In this document: positions 28,139 to 39,139 of the stretch, piece by piece
Layout of the letters: each line of letters begins with the position of its first letter
Numbering within the stretch: position 1 is the stretch's first letter
Assembly (NCBI GenBank): GCA_963727485.1
Contig: CAVSGM010000009.1
Location: forward strand, 96,001-160,000
DNA length: 64,000 bases
Reading direction: 5' to 3'
From: an uncultured delta proteobacterium
Lineage (GTDB): Bacteria > Myxococcota > Myxococcia > SLRQ01
Translations under genes and position numbers: made by a program
Notes under the pieces: generated by a model
The model's input: the letters and a program-made list of their open reading frames with translations, nothing else
Database searches by the model: none
What the model was told of the DNA's origin: nothing

Positions 28139-29560
28139 ATGCGCCCCAGCCTCGCCCTCGCCGCCAGCTTCGCGGCCAGCCTCCTCGCCGCCTGCAGCGG
28201 GACCGGCCTCGGCACCACCACCGGCTCGGTCGCCACCGATGGATCGGTCGCCCTCGCCTCCACGCCCCTCGAGGCCACCACCCTCCCGGCCGGCGCCGAC
28301 CTCTCGACCCCGCCCGGCGCGACCCTCTACTTCGGCCCCGACTGGAAGCAGACCCTCTCGGACAGCCTCTACGGCGGCGCCACGATCCAGGTCGAGGCCG
28401 GCCCCTCGCGCTTCCCCCGGTGCGGCATCAGCGGCACCGTGACCGTGAGCGCGCGCCTCGACGACGGGCGCGTCCTCCAGGCGGTCCTGGACCAGCGGAC
28501 CACCTGGTGGGCCGCGGGCGCCCTGACGATCCCCACCGGCACCCACGCGATGGACCTCTGGCTCCGCTCCGAGCGCGCCGACGGCTGCGTGGAGTACGAC
28601 AGCGCCTTCGGGAAGAACTATCCGTTCGCGGTCCACACCTGGGCGCCGACCGAGGTCCACTTCAACGCCGACTGGTCCGAGCGCGCCGACGGCCCGCTGG
28701 TGGCCGGCGGCGCGCTGGTGGTGGACTACGCCATGGCGCGGCTGCCCACGTGCAGGGGCGTCTACCAGGACCTGCCGACCTGGGACATCCTCGCGCACCT
28801 GCGCTTCGACACCGGCGAGGAGCTGACCCAGACCGTCCTCGACTGGAACGCGCCCGGCGGCGTGCGCCGGACCGCCGCCCCCGGCCTCGCGGTGTTCCCC
28901 ATCCCCGAGGGTGCCCGCCACGTGTCGCTGTGGTTCGAGAACAGCGAGTGGACCCCGGGCTACCCGCTCCCCGCCGGCTGCCCCGGGTGGGACAGCAACT
29001 ACGGCAAGAACTACGGCTACGACGTCGCGCCCCCGGCCCCGAAGGTCGGGTGGGCCGGCAACTTCGACTTCGTGACCTTCCACCGCGCCCCCGCCACGGA
29101 GCTCGGCGACGTCGACCCGGCCTACTACTTCGACAGCTACGCCGGCAGCGAGCTGTCCACCTGGGTGGAGGCCCAGGTCTGGATCCCCGGCGTCACCGAC
29201 CGGTCCTACGGGTCCGCCGACGCCGCCGCCAAGGCCGCATCCAGCCTCATCCAGGCCCGCGCCGTCACCGACGCCCTGGCCGGGGAGGTGGGCGGCTGGG
29301 GCACCTTCCCGCTCCGGTTCGTGCGCCAGCAGGGCCACGACTTCGTCTACGCCTTCGACTTCTGGAAGCTGCGCTACGCCACCTACGTCGACGCCCCGAT
29401 CACCACGGGCCTCTACCACTACTACTTCCGGTTCTCGACGGACCACGGCGCCACCTGGACCTCCGCGGGCGACGACGCCGGCGGGGCGCGCCGGTTCGTG
29501 GTGGCGCCGGCCCTCGACTGCACGCTCTTCCCGGACCACGCCCCGCCGGGCTGCCCCTGA
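28139..29560 (+). CDS. Lipoprotein with tandem DUF6209-like domains
   Basis: GGAGG RBS; lipobox LLAAC; two repeats ending C..YDSAFGKNYPF and C.GWDSNYGKNYGY; FNADWSE...GPLVAGG...DY..ARLP.CRG. Confidence 0.7.
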   Translation: MRPSLALAASFAASLLAACSGTGLGTTTGSVATDGSVALASTPLEATTLPAGADLSTPPGATLYFGPDWKQTLSDSLYGGATIQVEAGPSRFPRCGISGTVTVSARLDDGRVLQAVLDQRTTWWAAGALTIPTGTHAMDLWLRSERADGCVEYDSAFGKNYPFAVHTWAPTEVHFNADWSERADGPLVAGGALVVDYAMARLPTCRGVYQDLPTWDILAHLRFDTGEELTQTVLDWNAPGGVRRTAAPGLAVFPIPEGARHVSLWFENSEWTPGYPLPAGCPGWDSNYGKNYGYDVAPPAPKVGWAGNFDFVTFHRAPATELGDVDPAYYFDSYAGSELSTWVEAQVWIPGVTDRSYGSADAAAKAASSLIQARAVTDALAGEVGGWGTFPLRFVRQQGHDFVYAFDFWKLRYATYVDAPITTGLYHYYFRFSTDHGATWTSAGDDAGGARRFVVAPALDCTLFPDHAPPGCP

Positions 29561-29652
29561 TCCGGCGACGCGCCCCCGACCGGGCGGGCGAAACCGGGTA
29601 TCATCCGGCCTCCGGCCCGGGGGCATCCATCCCACGGCCCGGGGGGAGGACC

Positions 29653-30692
29653 ATGAGCGAGCACACCACCGGGGGCGCCGGCTGCGCCCTCCACCCAGAG
29701 GCGGCGGCCCTCTCGGTCTGCGACCGGTGCGGCGCCTACATGTGCGACGCCTGCAGCGAAGGCGGCCAGCAGCGCCTCTGCCCCACCTGCCGGGCCCGGA
29801 CCGGCGACGCGGCCTTCCCCCTGCGGCGCGACGCCTGGAGCCTCGACGCCCTCTTCGGCATCGCCTGGCAGGGCTTCATCCGGAACATCGGGGCAGCTCA
29901 TCGCCGGCTTCGCCATCCTGGCGGGGGTCCTCATACGTGAGGCCTCGTCTATGTCCCCAGATGGTCTTGATACCGCAGCACCGTCCAGGACCCCAAGGTG
30001 CGGATCAGCCCATCATCGCCGTGGGCCTGATGCTGGTGACCGTGGTGGATCGTCATCGTGGCCATCGGCCTGTGCTGGGCTTGCTGGACATGGCCTTCGA
30101 CGCCGTCGACGGCCAGCCGGTGCGCGTCGAGACCGTCTTCTGGCACGTTCGACAAGCTGTGGAAGCTACGTGGTCCTTCCTCATCGCCTACCTCGGGGTG
30201 GTCTCCCTCGTCCCGGCCTGTGCTGCTTCGAGGGCCTGATGATCCTCGGGGCCGTCGCTCTCGCCACCCAAGGGCAGACGTCGCCGGCAGTCGTCGCCCG
30301 TCGCTGGGCGCCGTGGCCGCGTTCGTGGGCATCCTCTGGATCGCCCTGCCCCTCTACTTCGCCCCCTTCGAGCTGGCCCTCGACGACGACTGCGGCCCCT
30401 CGAGGTCTTCGGCCGCGTTTCACCCTGGCCCGGGGCAAGCGCTGGGCCACCCTGGGCGTGGGGCTTCCTCTCCGGGCGCAAAATGATCGCCGGCCTGTTC
30501 ACCTGCGGCGTCGGGCTCCTGGCCACCCTGCCCTTCGCGGCGGTCCTCTTCAGCGGCCTCTACCTCACCTTTCGCAACGGCTCGGGCCTCCCGCCCCCGG
30601 CGCGCCGGGGCAAGCGCGCCCGGGCCGAGGTCCCCCCGTCCCCACCGGGACCCATCGCCGCCCGCCCCGCGCCGCCGCCGGCCATCGAGTAG
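29653..30692 (+). pseudogene. Copy 1 of a Zn-finger (B-box-like) + multi-TM membrane protein, multiply frameshifted
   Basis: [15 protein letters not shown]...[12 protein letters not shown]...LCPTC. The frame is lost after ~29890. Homologous pieces continue in other frames ([26 protein letters not shown]). Confidence 0.7.
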
Positions 30693-30778
30693 CGCGCCCT
30701 GCCAGGGGCAGCGGAACCCGGTATCATCCGACCTCCGGCCCTGGGGGCATCCTACCCTCGGCGGCCGGGGGGAGGACC

Positions 30779-31765
30779 ATGAGCGAGCACACCACCGGGG
30801 GCGCCGGCTGCGCCTTCCACCCCAGAGGCGGCGGCCCGCGCGGTCTGCGATCGGTGCGGCGCCTACATGTGCGACGCCTGCACCGAAGGCGGCCAGAAGC
30901 GCCTCTGCCCCACCTGCCGGGCCCGGACCGGCGACGCGGCCTTCCCCCTGCGGCGCGACGCCTGGAGCCTCGACGCCCTCTTCGGGATCGCCTGGCGGGC
31001 CTTCACCCGGGGCGGCCTGCAGATCATCGTGGGGTTCCTCATCCTCGAGGCCGTCTACGTGGCCGTGGCCTTCATACCGCAGCTCCTCCTCCCCGCCCTG
31101 GTGCGGGGGCACCCCAGCTCGCCGTGGGCCTGATGCTCGCCGTCACCCTGGTCGACGTCATCGTGGTCATGGGCCTGTTGCTGGGCCTGCTGGACATGAC
31201 CTTCGACGCCCTCGACGGCCAGGCGGTGCGCGTCGAGACCCTCTTCTGGCACTTCGGGAAGCTCGGGCGGCTCCTGGTGCTCCTCCTGATCGTCGGGGTG
31301 GTCGCCATCCTCCCCATGGGCGCCTTCGAGGGCCTGGTGATCCTCGCCGTCTATCTCGGCACCCACGGGCAGACGGCCCTGGCGGTGGGCGCCGGCGTCG
31401 CCTCGGTCGCCGCCCTGGTGGGGAGCATGTGGCTCCTCCTGGCGGTGAGCTTCGCCCAGTTCGAGCTCGCCCTCGACGACGACGTGGGCGCGCTCGAGGC
31501 GCTGCAGCGCGCGTTCACCCTGGCCCGGGGCAAGCGCTGGACCATCCTCGGCGTCGGCTTCCTCGCCGGGCTCACGGGGATGGCGGGGATGCTCCTGTGT
31601 GGCATCGGGATGCTGGCGAGCATGCCCTTCGCCTACCTGGTGATGTCGGGGCTCTTCCTCACCCTGCGCAACGGCTCGGGCCTCCCGGACCCGGTGCGAC
31701 GCGGGAAGCGCGCCCGGGACGGGGTGGTGCCGACGCCGGTCCCGCCGCCCGCGCCGGGCCTCTAG
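30779..31765 (+). CDS. Copy 2 of the Zn-finger + multi-TM membrane protein, with two compensating frameshifts (~30820, ~31110)
   Basis: Same N-terminus. An extra C in the C-run at ~30820 relative to copy 1; the original frame resumes at ~31110; intact TM-rich C-terminus to TAG 31765. Confidence 0.7.
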   Translation: MSEHTTGGAGCAFHPRGGGPRGLRSVRRLHVRRLHRRRPEAPLPHLPGPDRRRGLPPAARRLEPRRPLRDRLAGLHPGRPADHRGVPHPRGRLRGRGLHTAAPPPRPGAGAPQLAVGLMLAVTLVDVIVVMGLLLGLLDMTFDALDGQAVRVETLFWHFGKLGRLLVLLLIVGVVAILPMGAFEGLVILAVYLGTHGQTALAVGAGVASVAALVGSMWLLLAVSFAQFELALDDDVGALEALQRAFTLARGKRWTILGVGFLAGLTGMAGMLLCGIGMLASMPFAYLVMSGLFLTLRNGSGLPDPVRRGKRARDGVVPTPVPPPAPGL

Positions 31766-33884
31766 GACTTCCCGCCCCGGTCGTGGCGCTGGGACCGCCT
31801 GCGGCCCCGGCCCTTCTTCTCCTTGCCGGCCACCGCGGCGCCCACCCGCAGCACCTCGTCCATCTCGCCGGTCTCGCCCAGGCCCATCTGGGTCTGCTTG
31901 AGGGCGTGGAGCCGGTCGCGGTACTCGGCCGCCTTCTCGAACTCGAGCTTCTCGGCGGCGGCGCGCATCTGCTTCTGCAGCCGCGACACCGCCTCGTCGA
32001 AGGCCTCCTCGGGCAGCGGCAGCAGCGCCTCGTCGGCCTCGACCCCCACCCCCCGGGGCATCCGCCGATCCGCCGACTGCATCGCCGCCTCGAGGGGCGA
32101 GAGATCGTGGATCGCCCGGCGCACCGACTCGGGGGTGATGCCGTGCTCGAGGTTGTACGCCGCCTGCTTCTCCCGGCGCCGGTCGGTCTCGTCGATGGCC
32201 TGGCGCATGGAGTCGGTGACCCGGTCGGCGTACATCAGCACCTTGCCCTCGACGTGCCGCGCCGCCCGGCCGGTGGTCTGGATGAGGCTGGTGGCGCTGC
32301 GCAGGTAGCCCTCCTTGTCGGCGTCGAGGATGGCCACCAGCGACACCTCCGGGAGGTCGAGGCCCTCGCGGAGCAGGTTGATGCCCACCAGCACGTCGAA
32401 CTCGCCCCGGCGCAGGTCCCGGAGGATGGCGGTGCGCTCGATGGTCTCGATGTCGGCGTGGAGGTAGCGGACCTTCACCCCCACCTCGGCGTAGTACTCG
32501 GTGAGATCCTCGGCCATGCGCTTGGTCAGGGTGGTCACCAGGACCCGCTCGTTCCGCGACGCCCGGACCCGGATCTCCTCGAGCAGGTCGTCGACCTGCT
32601 CGGCCACCGGCCTCACCTCGATCTGGGGATCGATGAGCCCGGTGGGCCGGATGACCTGCTCCACCACCACGCCCTCGCTGCGGTCGAGCTCGTACTTCGC
32701 CGGGGTCGCCGAGACGAAGACCACCTGGTTGATGATGGCCTCCCACTCGGCGAACTTCAGGGGCCGGTTGTCCAGGGCGGACGGCAGGCGGAAGCCGTAG
32801 TCGACCAGCGTCGTCTTCCGGGACCGGTCGCCCAGGTACATGGCGCCCACCTGGGGCACCGTCTGGTGCGACTCGTCGACGATGAGGAGGAAGTCCTTGG
32901 GGAAGTACTCCATCAGGGTCGGCGGCGGGTCCCCGGGGCGTCGGCCCGAGAGCCACCGGGAGTAGTTCTCGATGCCCGGGCAGTAGCCCATCTGCTCGAT
33001 CATCTCGAGGTCGAACATGGTGCGCTGCTCGAGGCGCTGGGCCTCGAGGAGCTTGCCCTCGTCGCGCAGCTGCCCGAGGCGCTCCCGGAGCTCGTCCTGG
33101 ATCCCCTTGACCGCGAGGCGCCGCCGCTCGGGCGCGGTGACGTAGTGCGAGCCCGGGAAGATGTGGACCTTGTCGAGCTCGGCGAGGACCTTGCCCCGGA
33201 GCGGGTCCACCTCGACGATCCGGTCGACCTCGTCCCCGAAGAACTCGATGCGCAGGGCCCGGTCCTCCTCGTACATGGGGAAGACCTCGACCACGTCGCC
33301 CCGGGCCCGGAAGGTGCCGCGGTGGAAATCCAGGTCGTTGCGCTCGTACTGGATCTCGACCAGGTCGCGCAGGAGCTGGTCCCGGCGGATCTCCTGGCCC
33401 CGGGCCACCTGCACCGCCATCCCGAAGTAGGCCTCGGCGGTGCCCAGGCCGTAGATGCAGGAGACGCTGGCGACGATGAGGACGTCGTTTCTGGTGAGCA
33501 GCGAGTGGGTCGCCGCGTGGCGCAGCCGGTCGATCTCGTCGTTGATGGACGCGTCCTTCTCGATATACGTGTCGCTCGAGGGGACGTAGGCCTCCGGCTG
33601 GTAGTAGTCGTAGTAGGAGACGAAGTACTCCACGGCGTTGTCGGGGAAGAGCTCCCTGAACTCGCCGTAGAGCTGGGCCGCCAGGGTCTTGTTGTGGGCC
33701 ATGACCAGGGTCGGCCGGTTCGTGGCGGCGACCACGTGGGCCATGGTGAAGGTCTTGCCGGTGCCGGTGGCCCCCAGGAGCACCTGGGCCCGGTCGCCCC
33801 GGCTCACCCCGGCGATGAGCTCCTGAATCGCCTGGGGCTGGTCGCCCCGGGGCGTGAACTCGCTGACCAGTCGGAAGTCGGGCA

Positions 33885-33885
<1 letters not shown>
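31762..33885 (-). CDS. uvrB: Excinuclease ABC subunit B
   Basis: GTG 33885; [53 protein letters not shown]. Confidence 0.97.
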
Positions 33886-35372
<1,487 letters not shown>

Positions 35373-35516
35373 GGTGGAGGGACTGTTAGCATGGGGGGTC
35401 GAGGGCCGAAAGGCCGGGCCGCTTCTCGCCACAACCTCGCGAAACCGCTACACTCACCGTGGTACCGGCGCGCCCGCGCGCCAGGGCCGCCCCACCCCAT
35501 CCCCGATGTCCCGACC

Positions 35517-37581
35517 ATGTCCTCGAAGCACGACGGCACGAGCCAGGCCCCGCACCTGAGGGTCATCCACGGGGGAGACGAGGGTGAGGACGAGGAGATC
35601 CTCGAGGACGGGTTCCACGTCATCGACGATGACGACGCGCCCATGTCGGACCCCTGGCTGAAGGCCGGCGGCGACCCGTCGGTCACCGATCCCCCGGGGG
35701 TCCTGGTCGACACCGATCCCACGGTCCTCGAGGACGACCTGTCCCTGCCCCCGCTCCGGGACCGGCACGAGGAGACCAAGCCCGAGATCCCGCAGCAGGC
35801 CCTCGACGCCCGCCGGCGCGGGGCGCGGCCCGCGCCCGAGGAGCTCGCCACCGAGCCCGGGCCCGAGGAGATGGCCACCGTCCCCCGGGCGCCCATGCCC
35901 GAACCCCGGGGCGCCGTCGCCGCCAGCAGCGCCCTGCCCAGCGCCCAGCTCCGGATCCTCGAGGGACCCGAGGTGGGGACCACCTTCGCGCTGACCGAGC
36001 CGGTGGTCACCGTGGGGCGCTCCAGCGAGTGCCAGGTGACCCTCCGGGACCTCTCCATGTCCCGGAAGCACGCGGAGATCCGCCGGGCCGGTCGCCGGGC
36101 CTTCGAGATCCGCGACCTCGACAGCCGGAACGGCACCACCGTCGACGGGCGGCCGGCCAGGACCTGGATCGCCGCCGCCCCCGGGGCGATCGTCCAGGTG
36201 GGCGACGTCCGCCTGCGCCTCGAGGTCGAGGACCTCTCCGAGCCCACCCTCCTGCGCCCCGGTGGCCTCGCCGCCGGGCCCCTCGAATCCGCCCCTGCCG
36301 CCGCCCCCGGCGCCGAGCCCCCGACCCCGGACGAGCGCCCCGGCGCCCCGGACCCCGGCGCCTCCCCGGCCGGCCCCGCGGGTCCCGGCCCCACGGACCC
36401 CGGCGCCCCGGTCGTCGCCTTCACCCCGGTCGCCGTCCCGGCCCCGGACCCCGGCTCACCCCGCCGCCGGCGCCTCCCGCGGCGGCCCCGCCGCGACCGC
36501 CACCCCGGCGGCCCTGGGGACCCTGGCCAAGGGGGCCCTCGCCGTGGCCCTCGGCGCCGGGATCTCCTGGCTGCTGGCCTGGCTGGTGTTCTTCGCCTCC
36601 TTCGCGCCCCTGCGCTCCGGGACCCCGGCGCCGGTGGCCACCGGCCCCTCGCCCACCGCGGCCCTCGCCGGCCACGGGGCCCACGCCCGGGCCACGCCCC
36701 CGACCCGGGCCACGCCCCCGACCCGGGCCGCGCCCCCCGCCGTGGCCCCCACCGCCGCCGCCAGCGCCCTCGCCGCGGCCCAGGCCGCCGTGTCCCGCCA
36801 GGACTGGGTGGTCGCGGTCCACGAGGCCCGCCTGGTCCCCCAGGCGGCCCCGGAGCACCCCGCCGCCGCGGAGATCCTCCACTCGGTGCGCGAGGACGTG
36901 GTCGACCCCCGCCTCGACAAGGCCCGGGGCCAGATCGCCGGCCACCACCCGGACGCCGCCGAGGAGACGCTCCTCTCGACCCTGGTCATCTGGCCCAACG
37001 AGAAGACCGCCGAGACCCTCCTGGCCAAGGCCCGGGCCGACGAGCGGGCGGCCCAGGCGCCCCCCCCCAAGCCCCACCCGGTGGCCCACCCGCGCACCCG
37101 GCACCACCGGGCCCGCCACCACCGCACCCGGCACGTGGCCCGCCAGGCGCCGCCCCCGGCCCCGGACGACGGTGGCCTGCTGCGCAAGGCCCGGGAGGCC
37201 TTCGCCACCAAGCACCTCCACAGCGCCATCGCCGCCGCCGACGCCGCCGCGGACCTCGGGGGCACCACGGCCCGGAAGCTCGACAGCGACCTCCACCACT
37301 TCGAGTCGAGCTGGAACACCGCCAGCCGCACCCGGGACATCAACACCGCCCTGGCCTCCTACACCGAGGCCCTCTACCGGGCGAAGCACATCGCCCCCCC
37401 GAGCGGCGGCGACTACGGCATCGCCATCCGCCGGGCCCTGGGCCAGGCCCACTACGTCGCCGGCCTCCAGGCCCAGAAGGCCGGGCGGAACCAGCTGGCG
37501 ATCAGCCACGCCCAGAAGGCCCTGGGCTACGACCCGAACAACCGGGGCGCCCGGTCCCTCCTCCACGCCCTGATGCGCTAG
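35517..37581 (+). pseudogene. FHA + TM + TPR-like protein with one frameshift near 36450; possibly intact in vivo
   Basis: Acidic N-terminus and FHA (TVGRS...SMSRKHA...DLDSRNGT) in one frame. TM (ALAVALGAGISWLLAWLVFF) and TPR-like helices continue in another frame to TAG 37581. Confidence 0.7.
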
Positions 37582-37603
37582 CCCCCGCCGGCGCGCCGGC
37601 CCC

Positions 37604-38299
37604 CTAGCGCTTGAGCACCAGGCGCCGGCCGAGGAGGAAGAGGTTGAAGAGCGCGATGAGCCCGAGGACCACCAGCACCGTCGGGTAGAGCCAGTGCTGC
37701 CGGGGCCGCTCGCCGGAGAGGACCATCCAGGTGGGCTCCCGGAAGTCGAAGCCGCGCTCGGCGTAGAAGTGCTTGATGTTGGCGTACTCGCGGCTCCGGT
37801 CGATGTCGACCAGCCGCCCGCTCCCGTCGAAGACCGACCAGACCCCGGTCGACCCCGCGTGCTTCTTGGCGAGCTTCTGGCGCACGAAGACCCGGCTCCC
37901 CAGGAGGTAGTAGACCTCGTACTGGTCGCCGAACTGCCGGTAGGTGACCTTGAGGACGCTGGGGATGCCCCGGACCTTCACGAAGGTGTTGGCGCGGGCC
38001 TGGGAGAGGTTGGCGGTCTCGGCCTTGCCCAGGTCGATGGGCGTGGTGGGCGCGAGGAAGTACCGGACGTCGGGCATCAGGCTCCAGGCGAGCCACCCGC
38101 AGGCGGCCACCAGGACCACCATCAATAGGGGGCTGCGCCAGGTGCTCGGCTGGCGCCGACCCACGCGGTTCACGTCGTCACTGAAGCTCGGCCCGGCGGG
38201 CCCCGGGTCGGCGCCGGGGGCGGACGGGCCGTCGGGCTTGCCGTCGAAGAAGTCCTGCTCCGGATCGGGGGCGGGCTTGGGTGTCTCGTCGGTGGTCAT
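37604..38299 (-). CDS. Hypothetical membrane protein (two TM segments)
   Basis: GAGG RBS; N- and C-terminal hydrophobic segments; coding-like frame downstream of cdnL. Confidence 0.7.
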   Translation of the reverse strand: MTTDETPKPAPDPEQDFFDGKPDGPSAPGADPGPAGPSFSDDVNRVGRRQPSTWRSPLLMVVLVAACGWLAWSLMPDVRYFLAPTTPIDLGKAETANLSQARANTFVKVRGIPSVLKVTYRQFGDQYEVYYLLGSRVFVRQKLAKKHAGSTGVWSVFDGSGRLVDIDRSREYANIKHFYAERGFDFREPTWMVLSGERPRQHWLYPTVLVVLGLIALFNLFLLGRRLVLKR

Positions 38300-38406
38300 C
38301 GGCTGGCCCTCCTCTGCCCGGTCGCTCGAAGGCCCGGACGCTCGAAAGCCGGAACCGCGCGGGGCGGTTCCGGCTTCCCTGGCGCGCCCCGGCGGGGGCG
38401 GATCCG

Positions 38407-38898
38407 TCAGGCGTGGGCGAAGATCTTCTCGAAGTCCTTCTCGATCTGCTCCTCGTCGCAGTTCTGGCTGATGGCCAGCTCCTTGATGAGGAGGGCGCGG
38501 GCGGTGTCGAACATCTTGCGCTCGCCGAAGGACAGGTCCTTGTCGAACTTGAGGACGTAGAGGTCGCGCAGCACCTCGGCGATCTCGAAGACGTCGCCGG
38601 TCTTGATCTTCTCCATGTACTCCCGGTACCGGCGGTTCCAGGTGGTGGCGTCGACGGAGACGTCGCGCTTCTTGAGGATCTTGTAGACCTGCTTCGCCTG
38701 GTCCTTGTCGATGACGTCCCGGAGGCCCACCGAGTTCACCTTGTTGATGGGGATCATGATGCGCATCCCGTTCTCGAGGATGCGGAGCACGTAGAAGCTC
38801 TGGCGCTGGCCCATGATCTCCTTGTGCTCGATGCCCATGACCTCGCCGACGCCCTGGCCCGGGTAGACGGCCTTGTCACCAACCTTGAAGGTCTGCAT
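38407..38898 (-). CDS. cdnL: CarD/CdnL-family RNA polymerase-binding transcription factor
   Basis: MQTFKVGDKAVYPGQGVGEV...WNRRYREYMEKIKTG...LSFGERKM; 163 aa with no HMGA tail, so CdnL type. Confidence 0.92.
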   Translation of the reverse strand: MQTFKVGDKAVYPGQGVGEVMGIEHKEIMGQRQSFYVLRILENGMRIMIPINKVNSVGLRDVIDKDQAKQVYKILKKRDVSVDATTWNRRYREYMEKIKTGDVFEIAEVLRDLYVLKFDKDLSFGERKMFDTARALLIKELAISQNCDEEQIEKDFEKIFAHA

Positions 38899-39050
38899 GG
38901 ATGGGTAGCTCCTCGCCGTGGGACGGTCGGGCCTCATGCGCGGCACCGACGACCGGACCTGTGCCCCCGGCCCCCCCACGCCGCGGGCGTTGGGACCTGG
39001 AACACGGAACGTCCGGTGTTGAAAACAAATACAATCGCCGTAGAAAAGCC

Positions 39051-39080
39051 AGGGTAGCACGAGGACTGGCAGGAAATCAA
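39051..39080 (-). promoter_or_regulatory. Sigma70-like promoter for cdnL
   Basis: TTGATT-N18-TACCCT with an extended -10 TG, in an AT-rich intergenic stretch. Confidence 0.45.
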
Positions 39081-39107
39081 GCCCCAATGTAGGCGTTGCA
39101 CACACCC

Positions 39108-39123
39108 CGGCACGGCTCCTGCA
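39108..39123 (+). promoter_or_regulatory. Sigma54-like promoter upstream of comEC
   Basis: CGGCACGGCTCCTGCA, GG-N10-GC spacing. Confidence 0.55.
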
Positions 39124-39139
39124 ACTCGGACGCGGCGAC

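Larger units (their letters stand above)
29593..31765 (+). repeat. ~1.13 kb direct tandem duplication of the gene plus its upstream region
   Basis: Near-identical ggtatcatccg...ggggggaggaccATGAGCGAGCACACCACCGGGGGCGCCGGCTGCGCC at ATG 29653 and ATG 30779 (period 1126). Confidence 0.9.

Noticed and set aside
29593..31765. Diversity-generating retroelement (template/variable repeat pair)
   Set aside because: No reverse transcriptase in the window; the differences are not adenine-specific and include indels.
36686..36738. Short 18-bp repeat (RATPPT) in the FHA-TM-TPR gene
   Set aside because: Only 2-3 units in a low-complexity linker; unremarkable.
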